Shown here: positions 18,033 to 27,355 of the stretch, piece after piece
Layout: each line of letters starts with the position of its first letter
How positions within the stretch are numbered: the first letter of the stretch is position 1
IMG/VR virus record: IMGVR_UViG_3300031965_000014
Span: 6,786 to 70,785 of that record
DNA from: a virus
Taxonomy: Duplodnaviria > Caudoviricetes
DNA: 64,000 bases
Direction: 5' to 3' (one strand)
Made by a program: the position numbers and the translations under genes
The notes under the pieces: model-generated
What the model was told of the DNA's origin: nothing
Seen by the model: the letters and a program-made list of their open reading frames with translations, nothing else
Databases searched by the model: none

Positions 18033-19028
18033 TTAATTGAGCGTCAGTTCGTTCAGCGTGGCGCCATTGAGAACTGTCGGCTGGATGAGCAGCAGTGAAA
18101 TCAGGTCGCTGGCGGTGATGCTGTCGGTCAACGGCTTGCCCATCTGGACCGCGAGCCAATCCGATGGCATCAGCCAATCGCCCGTATCGCTGTAGTTGAG
18201 AGCCCATTGGTTCAAGGGCGCGCCATTGATGGTGGACGTGACCCCGTCGTGGAGCTCGCGGGAAGAGTTGTGCTCCATCGACATCACATCGATCACCGCC
18301 ACGGAATCCGAGAGCGCCTTTGCAATGCTGTAGGCGAGCGCGTCCAATGTCGCGGTGGAGTCTGCGAGCAATTTCTGAACATGCAAGGAAGCGATTGCGT
18401 CGCTCGAGCTCACTGAATCCGCGAACACCTTTCTGGGCTCAAGGCTGATGTGGTCAGAAGCAAAGAACGTATCCCCGGTGTCGTTGCCGTTGAGTACCCA
18501 CTGATTGAGAAGCGCGCCGTTCAGCGTCGAAGTGATCCCCTCGTGGAGCTCGAGGGAGTAGACAAACTCGAATTCGATCAGGTCGCCCGCCGATACTGCA
18601 TCGGCGATAGATCCCTCGCTCACCTGGAATGGCGTCGCTACATCCAGAATGACGACGAAATCGCTGAGGACCTTTTCAATATCGAACTTGTTGATCTCAT
18701 CGTCGACGACCACAGTATCGAGCGGCGACACGGAACGGACGTGAACGACATCGTCCGTGACCAAGACCACATCAGCGAACTCGAGCTGCCAGATCAGGGA
18801 GCTTTCGACCAGCGATACGAAGGGCTGCCCGTACTCAACGAGCGAGATGACCGCCGCGGCGGGCGCGGCGGCGGCAATGGATGCCGCCGGCGCGACGTGG
18901 GCCGCATAGCGCGGCTTGGACGTCTCGGCCTGGGCTGCCGGGTAAACGACCTCGGCGCTCGCCGCCAGCGTGACCCACGACGCCGTGACGATGGCGGCGG
19001 CTACGGTCGCGCGAAGGCCGGCCCTCAC
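18033..19028 (-). CDS. Virion structural protein with internal repeats
   Basis: Repeated D-x-V/I-x-x-S-D pattern and three LNGxxLNxxxLN motifs. Confidence 0.6.
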   Translation of the reverse strand: MRAGLRATVAAAIVTASWVTLAASAEVVYPAAQAETSKPRYAAHVAPAASIAAAAPAAAVISLVEYGQPFVSLVESSLIWQLEFADVVLVTDDVVHVRSVSPLDTVVVDDEINKFDIEKVLSDFVVILDVATPFQVSEGSIADAVSAGDLIEFEFVYSLELHEGITSTLNGALLNQWVLNGNDTGDTFFASDHISLEPRKVFADSVSSSDAIASLHVQKLLADSTATLDALAYSIAKALSDSVAVIDVMSMEHNSSRELHDGVTSTINGAPLNQWALNYSDTGDWLMPSDWLAVQMGKPLTDSITASDLISLLLIQPTVLNGATLNELTLN

Positions 19029-19357
19029 GCGAACTCCTCACGCAACTTGAATTTCAGCAGTTCAAACACTGTCTGCACATCGCCATCGCTATGCGTGATC
19101 TCGATCTCGCCCTCATAGAGTCCGGCGTCGACGTCGAGCGCTGCGCCGTTGAACTTGAAGCGCGTCTTGCCGTCCGTACCATCGGTGACGTGCGTGCAGG
19201 CGAGCGTCGCCAGGGTCGCCGTGGTGCCGGCTTTTCGGAACTTGACCACCTCGGTCGCGCCCGCCAGGTTCATCGGGAGCCCGGTGCCCTCGTCCGTGAT
19301 CGTGAGCACGATCTCGGGCCGGTTGTCGTTCCTGACGAGTTTGATCGAGGTGCCCAT
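19025..19357 (-). CDS. BppU-N-like immunoglobulin-fold structural protein
   Basis: IKLVRND.RP.I..T..D..G.P.NL.G..V.KFR..G.YEGEIEIT pattern. Confidence 0.6.
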   Translation of the reverse strand: MGTSIKLVRNDNRPEIVLTITDEGTGLPMNLAGATEVVKFRKAGTTATLATLACTHVTDGTDGKTRFKFNGAALDVDAGLYEGEIEITHSDGDVQTVFELLKFKLREEFA

Positions 19358-19362
19358 GGCCG

Positions 19363-20010
19363 TTACCCGATGTCGTAGTAGGGAACGGTGCGCAAGGGCG
19401 CATTGGCGAAGCCCTTGGCTGCATCGACGTTGTGCTTGCCAATGGCCGTGTTGAACCTGCCGAGGTTCTCATCGGCCTTGCGCGTATTGGTCCATTCCTT
19501 GCCCGGCATCGCCAGCAGGTTCGCCAGCGCACCGTAGGCGACGTCGTCGAAATGCTCGTTGAAGAAGCCTTCCTCGAAGGTAAGGGCGGTCTTGGACGGC
19601 TTCAGGGCCACCTCGATCAGCAGCCCATCCGCGATCGCGGTGTCAGGCGTCAATACGAGGCGCAACTTGCGACGGAAGTCCTTCAGGTAGTAGGCAAACG
19701 GTGTGCCGGTCTCCGTCTGCCATCCCGGGCGCTCGATGTCGAGCTGGGCAGGGCTCTTCGGATCGATCGGCGTGCCGTCGAGCGCGACGCGCAGGACTTC
19801 GTGCACCACCGTATCGTCTGGCACGTCGAACTCGTAGTCGGGTATCCCGGCCTCGACTTGCATGGGGTCCAGCTCGAGCCGGTAGGCTTTGCTGCGCTCG
19901 CAGAAGATGATCGCCGCATTGCGCACGGCGTCCTTCGCGAGCTGGTCGATGCAGCCCGGGACATACGGGAGGATCTGCGGCAGGAAGTCACTGAGGGGTT
20001 TGTTGGGCAC
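19363..20010 (-). CDS. Head-tail adaptor-like virion protein
   Basis: 215 aa; FLPQILPYVPGC..AVRNAAI.FCERS; located between capsid and tail genes. Confidence 0.6.
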   Translation of the reverse strand: MPNKPLSDFLPQILPYVPGCIDQLAKDAVRNAAIIFCERSKAYRLELDPMQVEAGIPDYEFDVPDDTVVHEVLRVALDGTPIDPKSPAQLDIERPGWQTETGTPFAYYLKDFRRKLRLVLTPDTAIADGLLIEVALKPSKTALTFEEGFFNEHFDDVAYGALANLLAMPGKEWTNTRKADENLGRFNTAIGKHNVDAAKGFANAPLRTVPYYDIG

Positions 20011-20647
20011 TGGCCGCCTCCGGTTTTTCCGCTTCCTTCTTCGTCGCCTTGCCCACGCCCACGAGCACCGCGAAGCCGTCGTAGAAGAGCTTCGCGCGGT
20101 TGGAAAGAACCGCCTCGTCGTCCTTCGCCTCTGCGCGGAACACCATGTAGTGGTGCATCGCCGTGTAGTAGGTCTCCTGCACCTGCGCTGGGATCTGCGC
20201 GGCCACGTCGGCCATCTCCGCAGGGATCTCGGCCCACTGCCCGACGAGCGTCTGCGGGTCCGGCGCCTTCGGGTAGATGAAGAACTTGAGCGGGTCCTTC
20301 TCCTGGCGAATCCAATTCTCCGCCGCCGCCGCGGCGTCGTTCAGCCAGTTCGGGTTGAAGCGGTCGATGTCGCGGCGCTTGCCCTCGGTGACGACCCTGC
20401 CATCCTTCACCTGGAAGATGTCCATGAGGACGATGGCGCCCGCCGGCGCGCTCTGCAGGCAGGTCCCTGCGGTGCAGGTGATGTCGCCGATCGTGGAGAA
20501 AAGGTCCGGGCGAAGAAGGGCCAGCTCGCGCACGAAGTCGTTCGCGTACTGCGTCATCTTCGCGTCCGAGATCCGGTAGGACGGGTCGCTATCCTCGTCC
20601 TGGATCGTGTCCCGGACCTTCGAGACGATCGTCGAGAGCGCCGGCAT
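19988..20647 (-). CDS. Head-tail adaptor/connector-like protein
   Basis: 219 aa; IVSKVRDTIQD..ELALLRPD..FFIYP..YMVFRA; positional evidence. Confidence 0.6.
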   Translation of the reverse strand: MPALSTIVSKVRDTIQDEDSDPSYRISDAKMTQYANDFVRELALLRPDLFSTIGDITCTAGTCLQSAPAGAIVLMDIFQVKDGRVVTEGKRRDIDRFNPNWLNDAAAAAENWIRQEKDPLKFFIYPKAPDPQTLVGQWAEIPAEMADVAAQIPAQVQETYYTAMHHYMVFRAEAKDDEAVLSNRAKLFYDGFAVLVGVGKATKKEAEKPEAASAQQTPQ

Positions 20648-20650
20648 CGC

Positions 20651-21031
20651 TTACTCGAGCGTGCGCGCGCTCTTGCTGGTCGCCACGGTCGGGCCCTGCC
20701 TGGCGGTATCGGCTTGGGTCTCCGTGGCGGCCTCGTTCGTGTTCTTGGTGATGTCGCCGTTGGTCTCGACCTTCGGCTTTTCCTCGCCGGCCTGGCTGAC
20801 GGCGCCGGCGTCATCCACCACCGCAGCGCCCACTAGGTCCGAGGCTTTGCCGAGCTTCCAGATCTCGGTGTGGCGCAGGAGCGAAGCCGCCTTGTCGAGC
20901 GGGTAGGGTTGCACGTCGCCGGGCTTTTGCCACACGGTCTTGGTGTGGTTCACGTTGTCCGTTTTGTAGTCCTTCTTGCCGACGTAGACGATCGGCACCA
21001 CCTGCTGCTGTGCTTGCGGGAGTTGCAACAT
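20651..21031 (-). CDS. Hypothetical head-module protein
   Basis: 126 aa, GGAG SD, normal codon usage. Confidence 0.6.
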   Translation of the reverse strand: MLQLPQAQQQVVPIVYVGKKDYKTDNVNHTKTVWQKPGDVQPYPLDKAASLLRHTEIWKLGKASDLVGAAVVDDAGAVSQAGEEKPKVETNGDITKNTNEAATETQADTARQGPTVATSKSARTLE

Positions 21032-21047
21032 GCTCGTCTCCTATTTA

Positions 21048-21437
21048 TTAGTACACGTTCTTGTAATGTCCGTTTTGAAATGTCACTAGGCGATGGCAGT
21101 TCGCACACAGAGTTTCGAAATTCTCTTGAGCATTGTTTTTACGGTTGCCATCCTTGTGATTTATATCTAGTTGACCAATGATTTGCGGAACAAAACCACA
21201 TCGTTCGCAAGAATTCTTCTTGAATCTCCTATCTCGTCTCTTCTTCTTCCAGCTACCCGGCCTTTTAGCCTTCCAGCCTTTGCTGCACCTCCAACCATGG
21301 CCGACAAAAAGCTCGCCTTTGTGCTTCTTGTAAGCATTCGACCTAATGCTGACTGGTCCACAGTGGGCACAAACTGCTCTACGATTTTCTTCATCAATCG
21401 CGCTCAATCTATGAACCCTATGAACCAACTGAGTCAT
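21048..21437 (-). mobile_element. Free-standing HNH endonuclease gene 1 (low GC)
   Basis: CERCG..DINHKDGNRKNN..LCANCH; visibly AT-rich against the GC-rich flanks; likely start is the ATG at 21437. Confidence 0.8.
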
Positions 21438-21444
21438 TGAAATT

Positions 21445-21469
21445 GGGTGGCCCTTATTAGGGGCCACCC
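21445..21469 (-). terminator. 9-bp perfect hairpin after the capsid gene cluster (terminator or translational control of the HNH gene)
   Basis: GGGTGGCCC / 7-nt loop / GGGCCACCC; only a weak U-tract follows. Confidence 0.45.
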
Positions 21470-21482
21470 TCCTTGTTTCCCA

Positions 21483-21857
21483 TTACGCCGCGGCCGCGTC
21501 GCCCGCTGCTACCCAGGCCAAACCGTTGAACATGGCCTCGATGAACCCGTTGGCCGATGCCTGGATCACGCCGATCGCCGAACCGCCGGCAGCCGTACCG
21601 TTGTTCACGGTGACGGTGAACGCCCCCGGCGTGCCCGAGTTGCGGACCAGCCGGAAGCGATCGTTTCGCCTCGCGTTCCTGACGTTCACCCCGACGACCA
21701 CGTTGCCCGACAAGTTGTGTGTCAGGGCGTAGAGCTCGGGATGCACATCGCCAGGGAAAAGATCGAGGTTGCCGGTCGCGTGGGACGAGTCGACCTGGAT
21801 GCCGGCGAGCTTGGCGGCGCTGATGACTTGCACCTTGCCGTTTTCGCGAATCTGCAT
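21483..21857 (-). CDS. Capsid-associated hypothetical protein
   Basis: 124 aa, beta-rich, AAGGAGG SD. Confidence 0.6.
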   Translation of the reverse strand: MQIRENGKVQVISAAKLAGIQVDSSHATGNLDLFPGDVHPELYALTHNLSGNVVVGVNVRNARRNDRFRLVRNSGTPGAFTVTVNNGTAAGGSAIGVIQASANGFIEAMFNGLAWVAAGDAAAA

Positions 21858-21867
21858 GTCGGCCTCC

Positions 21868-22182
21868 TTAGTTGTTGGCCGGCCAGCCCACCGTCACGCT
21901 GATGGCGCCGGACGTCCACGCGGAGACGTTCGCCCGGTGTTTCGGGTAAACGTCATCGAGCTCGATGTCCTTCTCCTCGGCGGAGGACGACGTCGCCTCC
22001 GAATGCAGGTCGGTCCAGTTGGTGCCGTCCACCGAGCCTTGGATCTTCGCCGTGGCTGTGCCGCTTGCCATGGAGATGTGGAAGATCTTCTTGCCCGGGG
22101 GAAGCGAGACCGGCTGGCTGAGGGTGATGGCCACCACCGCGGAAAGGAGCAGTTGGGTCTTCACTTGCGAGTTGTAGTTCAT
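21868..22182 (-). CDS. Small beta-sandwich protein (paralogue of 31092-31409)
   Basis: KIQGSVDGTNWTDL..HRANVS motif. Confidence 0.65.
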   Translation of the reverse strand: MNYNSQVKTQLLLSAVVAITLSQPVSLPPGKKIFHISMASGTATAKIQGSVDGTNWTDLHSEATSSSAEEKDIELDDVYPKHRANVSAWTSGAISVTVGWPANN

Positions 22183-22194
22183 GGCGTCTCCCGT

Positions 22195-22623
22195 TTACTT
22201 CGTGCCCGTCGCCTCGCCGCTCATGACCGAAGTGAGCTTGGGCGAACCAGTGAAGTTCGCACCTCCCACGGTCACGGTGACGTAGACGTCGAAGTCGAAG
22301 GTGATGGGATGGGCCGCCGAGCGGAATACGCCCGCCGCGGCTGCCACGTCGATGCCGGTGCCCCAGAAGTCGTCGACGGCCGAAGGACCGAGCGACGGGT
22401 CCACGGGGGCGTAGCCCAGCTTGGCCGTGACGCTCGTGCCGCAGTCGTCGAAGACGAGCTTCGCCTCGTCGACGCGCGCACCAGCGGGAAGCCGCTGGAT
22501 GCGCAGAACGTCGGCGTTGAGGACGCCCGCCTTCGTGAACGACTTCGACCAGACCGACAGGTTGCCGTACTCGCCGGCGTGGGGGACCTGTTGAACCAGG
22601 CTATCGTTGTCAATCGTTGGCAT
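22195..22623 (-). CDS. Capsid decoration/cement-like protein
   Basis: 142 aa beta-sandwich directly after the major capsid gene. Confidence 0.6.
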   Translation of the reverse strand: MPTIDNDSLVQQVPHAGEYGNLSVWSKSFTKAGVLNADVLRIQRLPAGARVDEAKLVFDDCGTSVTAKLGYAPVDPSLGPSAVDDFWGTGIDVAAAAGVFRSAAHPITFDFDVYVTVTVGGANFTGSPKLTSVMSGEATGTK

Positions 22624-22635
22624 TGTCTTTTCTCC

Positions 22636-23898
22636 TTACAGCAGCGCCTTACCGGCCGCAGAGTTGGGATCGGGCGCATAGGAGTCGACCACGGCCACGC
22701 CGTGATCGGTGGTCTTCTGCGTTGCCCCCGTGAGCACCAGGAAGCGGTTCTTCGCGCAACCGCCCATCCCGGCGACCGAGGTCTCGACCGCGTTGTCGTG
22801 GTCGACACGCTCCTCGTGCCAGGAATAGTGGTAGTCCGAAGCGCCGTGAATCCCGTATGCCTTGGATTCGGCTTGCGCGCCCATGAGCAGCGCCCTGTCG
22901 GTATCCACCGCGCAGGTTGCCGTCGTCGTCGCGAACACGTCCGCGTTCGTCGCCACCGTCACCACCTCGCCCGCCGCGAAGCGGACAGCGATGCGCTTGA
23001 TGGGCCGAACGAGGATGCCCGCCCAGATCCCGACGTCGCCGAAAAACAGCGGATGCCTGGACCCCTCGAAGCGCTTGTAGGCGTTCGAGAGGAACGTGCG
23101 CCAGGCTTTTTCCCCGGTGCGCGTCTGCAGGTAGTGCCACTGCCTCCACGTGACAAGCAGGAGCCAGATGGGGTCGTCCCACCCGTACTTGTCCTCCTTG
23201 ACCCGGATGGGTTGCAGGGGGACGTCGGACTCGTGCATCGTCGCCGCAAGGCGGTCGATGGTCGGCAGGTCCAGCAGGTCCGCAGAGTCCAGATTCGCGA
23301 GGCCCGTCGCGTCGCCGGCGTAGAAATGCCGGTTGAACGTGGGGGCCAACACCGAATTCACCATGATGCTGGCGAAATCTGGATCGCTCGCAAGAGGCAC
23401 GATCCAGTCGGCGTTGTTCTGGCTACCGCGGGCACCGGCCAGGTGGACGTAGCCGATCTGGTCTTCCATCCTGGTTGCCCAGCCGCCAAGCGACGCCATG
23501 GCGATGCCGCGCAGGTTGTGCACGGTACGCTTCTGGGTCATCCGCCCGCCGGAATCCACACCGCCGCGGTACTGGTCGATGCGAATTTCCATCGTCGAGC
23601 TGGTCAGCGACATCATCTTGCCGGCGATCTTCTTGTCGCCCATCACCGGCTTGCCCTGCACGATGTTGAACAGGTCCACCGAGACGAGATCTCCGGCCCC
23701 CTTGGTGAGGTCGGTGATCTTGACGATCGGGTAATCGGGGCTGGTCTGCCCCTTCAGCTTGGCTTCCGCGTCGGATTGCTTGGGCGCCGGGCCCGAAAGC
23801 AGGTTCATGAACCCGGGCTGCTGCTGCACCGTGGCGAACAGTGCCGCACCGAACACCTTTCTTGCGAGCGGAGAGCCGATTGGGATTTGCGTCGGCAT
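22636..23898 (-). CDS. Major capsid protein (N4-gp56/DUF4043 type)
   Basis: 420 aa; DLTKGAGD.VS.DL..GKPVMGD..GGRMTQKRT.HNLR; downstream of the scaffold gene. Confidence 0.88.
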   Translation of the reverse strand: MPTQIPIGSPLARKVFGAALFATVQQQPGFMNLLSGPAPKQSDAEAKLKGQTSPDYPIVKITDLTKGAGDLVSVDLFNIVQGKPVMGDKKIAGKMMSLTSSTMEIRIDQYRGGVDSGGRMTQKRTVHNLRGIAMASLGGWATRMEDQIGYVHLAGARGSQNNADWIVPLASDPDFASIMVNSVLAPTFNRHFYAGDATGLANLDSADLLDLPTIDRLAATMHESDVPLQPIRVKEDKYGWDDPIWLLLVTWRQWHYLQTRTGEKAWRTFLSNAYKRFEGSRHPLFFGDVGIWAGILVRPIKRIAVRFAAGEVVTVATNADVFATTTATCAVDTDRALLMGAQAESKAYGIHGASDYHYSWHEERVDHDNAVETSVAGMGGCAKNRFLVLTGATQKTTDHGVAVVDSYAPDPNSAAGKALL

Positions 23899-23926
23899 TG
23901 CCGTTTACTCCTAAAAATGGATGTGG

Positions 23927-24985
23927 TTAGAGCCTCGCCAGTTGCTCCTGGATCTTCTCCGGCGTCATGCCCATGAACCTGTTGCCGATTTCAACGGCCG
24001 AGAGGTTCTCGAGCGATTCCGACGGGGTCGACGGGGGCTTGCCAGCGGGCAGATCGGAAAGCGAATTGGGCGCCGTGGGCTTGGTGCCCGCGACGATCGC
24101 ATCCGCCTTCTCCTGTTCGGTTCTCTTGTCCTCGGGCGATGGGTCGGGCGGGGTGGCAGGCAGACCGATTTCCTGCTTCACGCGCTTGACCACTTCCTTG
24201 TACCGGGCAACGTCGTCTGTCAGAAGCTCGGGATGGGCGTCCATGAACGCCTTGTCCTTGAAGAGATCTCCCTCGACGGCTTGCGCGCGGGCGAAGAGGT
24301 AGGGCGTCTTTTCACGCCATCCCTGCAGCTCCGGCACCTGGCCGATCAGGCTCTCGACTTCGGACTCGACATCCTGAGTACGCTCGCGTTCGGCACTGCC
24401 GATGCGCTTCTCAACGGCATCGAGTTTCCCGATGGCGTGCTTGAAGAGCGCCTGCTGTGCCTCGACGGCCTTGGCGATCGTCGGGAACTCGGACTTGAGC
24501 GTATCCATCAGCTCCTTGGGGAGCTCCATGGTCACGGGCGCATCCGCGGGCTTCGCGCCGCCGGCTTCGAGGGCCTTGATCCGCTCGTTCACTTCGCGGA
24601 TGTTCGCCTCGAGCTGCGTCGCGTAGTCCTCGGCCGCCTTCCTGGCTACCGCTTCGGCTTCCTTGGATTCCGTCGCTTCGTTGATCCGACGTTCCATCTC
24701 CGCGTAGGGGATGACATGCTGGCCGTCCTTGGTGAGCACGCCTTCGATCTTCGGCTCGCCGGCGGGTTTATCCGCGGGCTTGTCGTCGACCTTGGGCTTC
24801 TCGCCGGCGGGCGGCGTATCCCCTGGTGCGTCCGGGTGAGCGGCCTGGTGCGCCTCGAAGAGCTTCTCGATTGCTGCGGCGTCCGTGGGCATCTCGTGCG
24901 GGTGCTCGAGGTAGTAGTCGAGCGTCTTCAGCTCGTCCTTCACCTCGGTCTCCGGGCCGGCCGGTTTATCGGAATTGGTCGTCAT
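23927..24985 (-). CDS. Scaffolding protein
   Basis: Acidic, P/E-rich, with coiled coil; KDG.H.IPY motif; immediately before the capsid gene. Confidence 0.75.
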   Translation of the reverse strand: MTTNSDKPAGPETEVKDELKTLDYYLEHPHEMPTDAAAIEKLFEAHQAAHPDAPGDTPPAGEKPKVDDKPADKPAGEPKIEGVLTKDGQHVIPYAEMERRINEATESKEAEAVARKAAEDYATQLEANIREVNERIKALEAGGAKPADAPVTMELPKELMDTLKSEFPTIAKAVEAQQALFKHAIGKLDAVEKRIGSAERERTQDVESEVESLIGQVPELQGWREKTPYLFARAQAVEGDLFKDKAFMDAHPELLTDDVARYKEVVKRVKQEIGLPATPPDPSPEDKRTEQEKADAIVAGTKPTAPNSLSDLPAGKPPSTPSESLENLSAVEIGNRFMGMTPEKIQEQLARL

Positions 24986-25085
24986 CGCTTGCCTCCATTT
25001 ATCGGATGGGTCCGAAAGGTGTTCCCCGGTGCGTCCGGGTTCGCCGTCGGCTTATCGGCGCCGTGCCGAAACTGCTTCGCTTCGA

Positions 25086-25102
25086 TATACATTACACGCA
25101 TA
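25086..25102 (-). promoter_or_regulatory. Degenerate operator-like 17-mer upstream of scaffold/capsid
   Basis: TATGCGTGTAATGTATA on the minus strand, within an AT-rich intergenic patch. Confidence 0.35.
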
Positions 25103-25121
25103 TCGCTGCGCAAAAAAATGT

Positions 25122-26471
25122 TCATGGTGTGCCGTTCGCCGCCATGGCGAAGAAGTCGTCGTTCACCGCTTCCGAGATGCGGATAGGCAGATAGGTCGGG
25201 GGCGGTCCTGCCTCTCCCCCGAACCCGATCTGCGCGCAGGAGACTGGTGCCCCCGTGCGAATATGCATATTGTCCTCGTACCGGAAGGTCGTCTCGGCGG
25301 TGCCGCTCGGCTCCAGCCCTGAGCCGTCGTTGTTATTGGCGTTCGCATAGGAATTCAGTTGTAGCTGGTTGTAGCCCCCGCTCGCGGCCATGGCGCTCGT
25401 GTCGAGGTTGCTGATGTCGAGGATCAGCTTTTCCGCTACCGTGGCGCTGCCGAACCAGATCCGAATGCGGCTGTTCGTCAGCCCCATATTCTCGAAGTGC
25501 CCTCGCGCACACCCCCACGTCCCGAATGACCAGTCCACCGCTTGGTCGTAGACGCTCGGATCGGCGGCATAGTAGAAGGCCACGTCAGAGCACTCGAATA
25601 CGCCGAGCGTCTGCGTCGCCGCGTTCAGCTTCGTTTGGCAGCCAGACTGGGTCTCATTCCCAAAGCCAGCCTGCTGATAGAGCAAGGCGTGCTTGTCGAA
25701 CGGCGTCGTCTGCGTGGCACCGCTGGGATGGTTATACATAACAAAAAGTGAGTCAGCCTGATCTCCCCACTCATTATGCTTCCAGGCAATGAAAAAGATA
25801 TTGCTCGCGACGACATTGCTGGCGTAGGCAATCGCCATCGTGATCCCGAACGTCCGCCGCGTGCCCCCGAGACTCCGGCCGGAATGAATGTCCGTGGTGT
25901 TCGGAAACCCGCCTTTCACGCGATGGGCGAACGACACTGCGCCATCGAAACTCCCGCTGCCTCCCCCGGCTCGGCCGCTTGGTGGGGTAATCGACGGCAC
26001 TTCGACGTTGTAATCAGAATCACGCATCATGGCGATGCCGGTGCCGGTCACAGCCTGCCAGCGGTTCGTGGCGTCCCAGGCCCCCGCATTGCACGTCCCA
26101 GCCCCGCCAGTGTCACAGGTACAGCCCAGGGTTGGGCTCGAGGGTTGACCCTCCGGCCAGTGGTCGCCACCGCCGCCCGCATTCATATCGCTCCACACTT
26201 GGCGGAAGTAGGAATTGAAGCCCCGGAAACACGTGAATCCGCCGCCTGTCTCGTCGTACCAGGGACCGTAGTACGGGGCTCCGTTGCCGACCCCTTGGTC
26301 ATTGACCAGCGTCGGAGCTTCCCAGTCCTCGCAGACGAGTAGCGCCGTGTCGTTCAGGTCACCACCCTGCACGCGGTCGCAGTAGCAGTCCACGCCCTTG
26401 GTGCAGGAGGCCGCACTACCGAACTCCGGTAGCAGCGCAAGGATCGTGGCGAGGAGCAGAGTGCGCATCAT
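25122..26471 (-). CDS. Signal-peptide Cys-rich protein, jelly-roll/polysaccharide-lyase-like (449 aa)
   Basis: MMRTLLLATILALLPEFGSA signal peptide, TAATG-coupled to the upstream gene; CEDWE..WGCARGHF..RIRIW..FRYEDN..C pattern. Confidence 0.6.
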   Translation of the reverse strand: MMRTLLLATILALLPEFGSAASCTKGVDCYCDRVQGGDLNDTALLVCEDWEAPTLVNDQGVGNGAPYYGPWYDETGGGFTCFRGFNSYFRQVWSDMNAGGGGDHWPEGQPSSPTLGCTCDTGGAGTCNAGAWDATNRWQAVTGTGIAMMRDSDYNVEVPSITPPSGRAGGGSGSFDGAVSFAHRVKGGFPNTTDIHSGRSLGGTRRTFGITMAIAYASNVVASNIFFIAWKHNEWGDQADSLFVMYNHPSGATQTTPFDKHALLYQQAGFGNETQSGCQTKLNAATQTLGVFECSDVAFYYAADPSVYDQAVDWSFGTWGCARGHFENMGLTNSRIRIWFGSATVAEKLILDISNLDTSAMAASGGYNQLQLNSYANANNNDGSGLEPSGTAETTFRYEDNMHIRTGAPVSCAQIGFGGEAGPPPTYLPIRISEAVNDDFFAMAANGTP

Positions 26472-27355
26472 TATTGCGTCCAGTGAGTAGGCCGATTGGC
26501 GTTCCACCACGCCGGTTCGTGGCCAGCGCCGCTTTTGTCCGAGATGTCGCTCGCGTCGGCTGGGTTCATGTTCAAGTACCACAGCCCCGGGATGCTGTTC
26601 GCGGTGACCGCTGCGAGTACGTCAGCATCGGTCTCCAGCGCCTCCAGGATATTGATCTGCGTCGTCGTCAGCAGCGCGTTGTAAATCTGGATGCCCCGCA
26701 GCACGCCGTTCGCCCGTTCCGCGCTCGGATTCCAGGGTGCGTCTGCAAAAGTCAGCGCAGGCGAGGGCGGCGTCTGGTTGCCCCACGTGCTCGCCGTAGC
26801 GTGCGTCACCAGCGCGGTTGTCAGGTCTGGCAGGTTCCAGTAATACTCGTGGTTCTTGACCGCGCCGTTCGCACCCCAAGAACGAAACGCCTGGGAGTAC
26901 CAGACATCCTTTACCACTGGCTCCGTATCTACGGTGTCGGTGTTTTCTACGGCAATTTCCCATAGATGGTCGGTATCGAACCCGGTGAAGTCTTCCGGGA
27001 ACGGATGGGCACCGTAGTAGGTATCTGGGAAGCCACTATCCCACTCGAACGTGGCGGCGTTGCCGATGCCGTCGTCGTTGCCCCAGAAGAAGCAGGTGTA
27101 GTAGCCGGTTTGTTGGCGCGGCCTGTACTTCCACAGGTAGGTCACCCCAGCGCCGTCCGTGCCGTAGATCGGGATCAGGGCAGCGCCCGTAAATCTGAAC
27201 CGCACGCTCGCGTCATTGTCCAGCGACCCCAGGTTGCTGGGAAAATCCAAGCCGCTCAACTGCTGCTCAACGCTGACCGTGATGGGCAGGTACGTCGTCT
27301 GCGGCAGCGCAACCACAGCGTAGACTGACAGCAGGATGGCGGCGAGCAGCCTCAT
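26471..27355 (-). CDS. Signal-peptide ConA/LamG-like protein (294 aa)
   Basis: MRLLAAILLSVYAVVA; ..NGVLRGIQIYNALLT..WYLNMN is a LamG-like end. Confidence 0.6.
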   Translation of the reverse strand: MRLLAAILLSVYAVVALPQTTYLPITVSVEQQLSGLDFPSNLGSLDNDASVRFRFTGAALIPIYGTDGAGVTYLWKYRPRQQTGYYTCFFWGNDDGIGNAATFEWDSGFPDTYYGAHPFPEDFTGFDTDHLWEIAVENTDTVDTEPVVKDVWYSQAFRSWGANGAVKNHEYYWNLPDLTTALVTHATASTWGNQTPPSPALTFADAPWNPSAERANGVLRGIQIYNALLTTTQINILEALETDADVLAAVTANSIPGLWYLNMNPADASDISDKSGAGHEPAWWNANRPTHWTQ

